Shown: one piece after another, positions 60,101 to 64,000 of the stretch
How the letters are laid out: every line of letters begins with the position of its first letter
Position numbering within the stretch: the stretch's first letter is position 1
Virus record (IMG/VR): IMGVR_UViG_3300009182_000043
Coordinates: 1-64,000 of that record
DNA length: 64,000 nucleotides
Source: a virus
Strand: one strand, 5' to 3'
Program-made: the position numbers and the translations under genes
Notes under the pieces: generated by a model
Seen by the model: the letters and a program-made list of their open reading frames with translations, nothing else
Databases searched by the model: none
Told to the model about the DNA's origin: nothing

Positions 60101-63100
60101 TATACACCTTATATGTCAGGTGCAACAATGTTAGACGATGCTTTACAACAAATTGCATCTTACAAGCAAGAATCTGAAAGCTTCTTTTGGTCAGATATGC
60201 TTCCGGCAAGAGCACCCTACATTTCAAAGAATTATGTTTTTAATACATTTATTGACACCAGTTTCTTCCCATTAAGCAGAATATATGATTTTGACAACGC
60301 AAATTATTATTCAGTGTTGGTATATTTAAATTATGTAGAGAATGGAATTACAACCTCAGAACAATTGGTAAGAGGGCGTGATTATATTGTAAGTAAAACA
60401 GAACCTAAATTACAAATTACAAAAGATTTATTGCCTGGACAATCAATAACTGTCAACGAATACAATAATACATATGGTAGTTATGTACCAAACACACCCA
60501 GTAAATTAGGATTGTATCCCGCAGTTGAACCGGGCATTGTGTTAGACAATACTTATTTGATACCTACATATTTTATTAGAGGACATGACGGGTCTCTTAC
60601 TAAGTTATACGGTGACTATCAATATAGTGTACTAAAAGATTTTAAAGATAAGGTTTTATTAGAGTTCGAAACACGCATCTATAATAATATTAAAGTAAGT
60701 GCTAGTATACCTATAAAAGAAGAAGATATTATTCCTGGATACTTTAGAAACACTGGCAATTCATTAGAAGAAATTCAAAAAATATATACAGGTAATTTCT
60801 TGGATTGGGTTGGAAAAAACAACATTGATTACGCTAATCAATTTTATTCACCTAGCGAAAAATTTACTTGGAACTACGCCGGCGGTGTTGATAAATTTGG
60901 TAAAAGAGTTATTCAAGGATTTTGGAGAGGTATATACCTGTGGTATTTTGATACTACTACCCCGCATTCTACACCATGGGAAATGTTAGGATTAGTTAAT
61001 AAACCTACATGGTGGGACGGTAAATATGGTGCGGCACCGTACACAAGCGAAAATAAAGTTCTTTGGACAGATATTGAAGCAGGAAAAATCAACGGAACTG
61101 TAAACCCTGCAAGAGCAAGACCAAGATTATCAAAAATATTACCGGTTGATAGCTATGGTAATTTAAAAAATCCATTTACTTCTGTTGTAAACGAATATAC
61201 TGATGCTGTATTTGATAAAGATTGGCAAGTAGGAGATATGGGTCCGGCTGAGTACAGTTACAGAAAGAGTAGCAATTACCCATTTGATTTAATTAAAATT
61301 CTTGCACTAATGAAGCCTGCTAAGTTTTTTGCTTTAGCACAAGATTTAGATTTATATGCGTTTAGTTCAGAATTCAATCAATATATGCTAGACGGATTTC
61401 AACATGATAATAAAATTCCGTTACTATATGGAAGTGGCACGGCTCAACACAGTTACATGAATTGGATAGTTGATTATGTACAAAATACAGGTCATGTAGG
61501 ATACGATAAAGTTAGTTCATTGTTGAATAATCTAGATGTTAGACTTACATATAGAGTCGCTGGATTTACGGACAAAGAATATTTGAATTTCTATCTTGAA
61601 AAATCAAGTACCAATTCAAATAATGCTTCATTGTTGTTGCCTAACGAAAGTTATAATGTTCTACTGTATCAAAATCAAGTCACTAATATAATTAGATTTA
61701 GCAGTATTATAATACAAAAAACTGCTGCCGGCTATAAAGTTTCTGGTAATAGTCAAACACGTGCATATTTTATAACGTATGTTAGTAAAAACACCGGTAA
61801 TACTAGCTATGAAGAAATAACAGTAAATGGTATAACTGTAAATATACCAATTTTATATGAAAAAACTATAACGTATGTACCTTATGGTATTGAGTTTACT
61901 AGTCCACAAGAATTATCTGAATTTATAGTTAATTATGGTAGATATTTAACAGACCAAGGACTTATTTTTGAAAATCAAGAAAATGGTTTTATTTTAAATT
62001 GGAATCAAATCGTAGCAGAAGTCTTATACTGGGTGAGTGCAGGATGGGAAAACGGCAGTTTAATAAATGTCAACCCATCAGCTAACAGATTAGTAATTGA
62101 TAAAGAAAATTTAATTGTACAACCACTTACATTGCATAATCAAAACTATGCACTAAATCAAAACTTATTTGCAATTAATATAAGTGACTTGGGAATTACT
62201 AGAGATGGTACAAGATTCGAAATCAAACCATTAAATGACGGTGATACTATTGCATACTTCACTGCACAAATGAGTTCGTTAGAACACATCGTTGTATTTG
62301 ATAACAAATCTTTGTTCAATGATACTATCTTTAATTCACAGACTGGCTTACGTCAAAATAGATTGTTCCTTAGAGGTCTAAAGAGCGCAGAATGGAATGG
62401 TACAATGAATGCTCAGGGTTTTATATTAAATCAAGACAACATTGAGGCTTGGACATCAAATATAAAATATACTAAAGGTTCAATTGTTACGTACCAAAAC
62501 AAATATTGGATGGCTAATAAAGTTATACCCCCTTCACTAACATTTAATGTGAATGATTGGATAGAAACTAATTACGCACACATTCAAAAAGGATTATTAC
62601 CTAATGCAAGTACACGTGCAGCCGAAAGTGTTTTGTATTATGATATTAACAATGCTAATTTAAAAAATGACGGAGACGTATTAGGATTTTCGTTAATTGG
62701 ATACAGACCGCGTGATTATCTTGCGGCTAGTGATTTATCAGATATTTCACAAGTAAATTTATTTAAAACAATGATATCTGAAAAAGGAACAAAGAATATC
62801 ATTGATGCTGTTCAAAATATTAAGTTAGATATTGGTCCTATCACATATGATGTTTATGAAAACTGGGCTATAAAAACTTCTGAGTATGGCGGTGTTGCAA
62901 ATAAAAACTTTATAGAAATTGTTTTAGATAAAAAGTTATTGACCGGAAATCCCAATATTATTGGAATTGTCAAAGATGTTCCAGAAACATATTTAATGCA
63001 AACAATACCGTTATCTATGCCCAATGGTAATTTTAGTAATTTTGGTGTTCCGATAACCAGTACTAATATTTTACCAATAAAAACAGGAGATAATTTAGAG

Positions 63101-64000
63101 TTACTGCCAACTGCTGGGTATGTTAATTTTAATGATATTAAAATACATAGTTTCCTTTATGAAACACTAAACAACAACGCAGTAAGTATTAAGGACCTAT
63201 ATCAAGGTGATTATATATGGTTAGCTGACGAACTTAGCACTTGGACAGTACTAACTCCAGTACCAATGGGGACTATTAATAATGTTCTAAGAGTTGTTAA
63301 TGTAATTAATAATTTGAATGGAACTTGTTCTATTGTTTTTGATAATTTTCATAATTTACCAATTTATGCTACATTTATGATTATCAATTATGATGCTAGT
63401 GTTAATGGATTTTATAGAGTTAACAAAGTAATTGATTCAAACACGGTGCAAGTTGATTTGTCATTACCTGCTAGTACTAGTGCCATCACAGCTACTGGTA
63501 TATGTGCAAAATTTCAAAAACAACGAATCGCTAGTACAAAATATATTTCTGATTTAAAATTAATAAATGATGGTGTAGGTAATCAAAAAATTTGGGTTGA
63601 TGGTGACAGTAATTCTAATTGGACAGTTATACAAAAAACAATAAATTATAAGTTTATTGATACGGTAAAATTAGGTTCAACTCAACGTTTTGGAGAGTCT
63701 ATTGCATATGATGATGATGCAGGAGTATTTGTGGGTGATCCGTCTTTAGGAACTGTTTACAGATATGCACCGTTAAATCAATTAAACACCGTTAGTTCAT
63801 ACGAATTAAAAGAAACTATCAACCTTGGTTCAAATTATGGAACTGCAATAGCAAAGAGTAACGATATATTAGTAGTAACTGCACCTAGTGACGCCTCTAG
63901 TAAAATTTACATTTACGCATTGCACAAAAGCAACCATACTGCAATAAAATTGAATCAAACAATTACTATTTCAGGTAAAAAAGTTGGAGAGACAGTAGCT
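57107..64000 (+). CDS. Giant baseplate/virion structural protein (partial, >2290 codons)
   Basis: Not in ORF track, consistent with no stop inside the window; MTSQVRTLNFLPEIF..., YQLEP, NFSQYYWLP.GP, NAWSRSNRWFH; follows gp6 (gp7-like position). Confidence 0.8.
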   Translation, partial: MTSQVRTLNFLPEIFRTSSNQQFLSATLDQLVTPPKLDKIEGYIGRKFEYGLTASDTYIPETNSIRQHYQLEPSVVFTKSNTSTAVDVLTYPGLIDALAAENGSVVNHSKLFQNQFYSWDSFVDMDKLVNFSQYYWLPDGPDSVEITTDLLHNELLFIVKDETIDYSFTANDKALGKNPEIKLLRGGTYTFQVDPASKMYIQTSPGISGVDPARNNVSSREIYGVDGNGNGIITFTVPHVNDQDSFIYANSIFVDLISTIPFDSIHGKALSTFKNLDNVNILNDKIIMFYGFAPNQTARIVNFYDDGTLDNLTFDSSTPTVVNNYFYKISLVADETGDPLISLSEYKQIPTNQKITITNGKQFIGKSFVRNEFGEIILLPPITANLDTLYYQDSKNSLKTGTIKLIDNQDSHAINIETGILGKRNYTSPLGVKFTNGLKVYFTGLVYPQNYKNKNYYVEGVGSSIYLVPESELLVPEKFTENVYKYYDTENFDTSGFSERLNVPVNKDYITINRKAQNRNAWSRSNRWFHIDVLKNTIKYTNGSIAQNALNNQLNRANRPIIEFYPNLKLFNTGTVHKSFVDFIDTVTTNVDSQILGQTSYMIDTSIPLFDGARIVFTKDNNIEVKNKIFIVKFQKLSVNATPVITLTNTPEDVVLPDEQVVSLKNNINKVYYFNGSNWNSSQAKTLINQPPLFDVFDINGISFSNQSYYNGSNFAGSKLFSYAIGTGGNDSVLGFPIKYSSVSNVGDISFNVNFNSDSFNFIKNTISTTYKITDGYVHNYTSRTKYNRKIGWETAKGESFQYQAFDINYLIGPSNPSLIFNILPVDDTATPWPITKLFIDSVEQTADQYTVTKSTAKNQTTISLLNPPKSNTLLQILIYSNDPLDPNAYYTIPSNLANNPFNVDIEELSLGDLKGQYQSIFTNSRKITGDVFGSNNFRDSGDLIPYGTKIIRNSASLVNTAVFLRNREYNLIDALTFNEYQYIKFKQLLLNTVDQSDYTPYMSGATMLDDALQQIASYKQESESFFWSDMLPARAPYISKNYVFNTFIDTSFFPLSRIYDFDNANYYSVLVYLNYVENGITTSEQLVRGRDYIVSKTEPKLQITKDLLPGQSITVNEYNNTYGSYVPNTPSKLGLYPAVEPGIVLDNTYLIPTYFIRGHDGSLTKLYGDYQYSVLKDFKDKVLLEFETRIYNNIKVSASIPIKEEDIIPGYFRNTGNSLEEIQKIYTGNFLDWVGKNNIDYANQFYSPSEKFTWNYAGGVDKFGKRVIQGFWRGIYLWYFDTTTPHSTPWEMLGLVNKPTWWDGKYGAAPYTSENKVLWTDIEAGKINGTVNPARARPRLSKILPVDSYGNLKNPFTSVVNEYTDAVFDKDWQVGDMGPAEYSYRKSSNYPFDLIKILALMKPAKFFALAQDLDLYAFSSEFNQYMLDGFQHDNKIPLLYGSGTAQHSYMNWIVDYVQNTGHVGYDKVSSLLNNLDVRLTYRVAGFTDKEYLNFYLEKSSTNSNNASLLLPNESYNVLLYQNQVTNIIRFSSIIIQKTAAGYKVSGNSQTRAYFITYVSKNTGNTSYEEITVNGITVNIPILYEKTITYVPYGIEFTSPQELSEFIVNYGRYLTDQGLIFENQENGFILNWNQIVAEVLYWVSAGWENGSLINVNPSANRLVIDKENLIVQPLTLHNQNYALNQNLFAINISDLGITRDGTRFEIKPLNDGDTIAYFTAQMSSLEHIVVFDNKSLFNDTIFNSQTGLRQNRLFLRGLKSAEWNGTMNAQGFILNQDNIEAWTSNIKYTKGSIVTYQNKYWMANKVIPPSLTFNVNDWIETNYAHIQKGLLPNASTRAAESVLYYDINNANLKNDGDVLGFSLIGYRPRDYLAASDLSDISQVNLFKTMISEKGTKNIIDAVQNIKLDIGPITYDVYENWAIKTSEYGGVANKNFIEIVLDKKLLTGNPNIIGIVKDVPETYLMQTIPLSMPNGNFSNFGVPITSTNILPIKTGDNLELLPTAGYVNFNDIKIHSFLYETLNNNAVSIKDLYQGDYIWLADELSTWTVLTPVPMGTINNVLRVVNVINNLNGTCSIVFDNFHNLPIYATFMIINYDASVNGFYRVNKVIDSNTVQVDLSLPASTSAITATGICAKFQKQRIASTKYISDLKLINDGVGNQKIWVDGDSNSNWTVIQKTINYKFIDTVKLGSTQRFGESIAYDDDAGVFVGDPSLGTVYRYAPLNQLNTVSSYELKETINLGSNYGTAIAKSNDILVVTAPSDASSKIYIYALHKSNHTAIKLNQTITISGKKVGETVA

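Noticed and set aside
1-64000. Stop-codon reassignment
   Set aside because: Conserved genes are full length and tightly packed under the standard code.

Overview
The window is part of a large, AT-rich, T4-like myophage genome (Caudoviricetes) and covers most of its virion-morphogenesis region. The minus strand (39.5 kb down to 1) carries two paralogous tape-measure-like genes, portal (gp20), two prohead-core candidates, protease (gp21), scaffold (gp22) and major capsid (gp23). These are followed by about 28.5 kb of 14 Asn/Gly/Thr-rich, modular fibre-like genes built from shuffled shared domains. At 39.6-40.7 kb (+) is a gp26-like chaperone with a -1 slippery site that opens into a downstream ORF. 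At 40.66-41.18 kb is a non-coding gap that appears to fold into a closed, multi-helix RNA of about 350 nt on the minus strand, next to an AT-rich, origin-like tract. At 41.2-46.0 kb (-) are the gp55-like late sigma factor, gp47, gp46 and a PD-(D/E)XK resolvase. At 46.2-64 kb (+) is the baseplate module (gp53, gp5, gp25 and gp6-like genes) and a >2290-codon ORF missing from the ORF track. T4-type late promoter motifs, (A/C)TAAATA, recur throughout, and several lie only 4-7 nt from a start codon. The best candidates for new biology are the structured ncRNA/origin locus, the chaperone frameshift and the modular fibre array. All calls come from reading motifs by eye; no searches were run.
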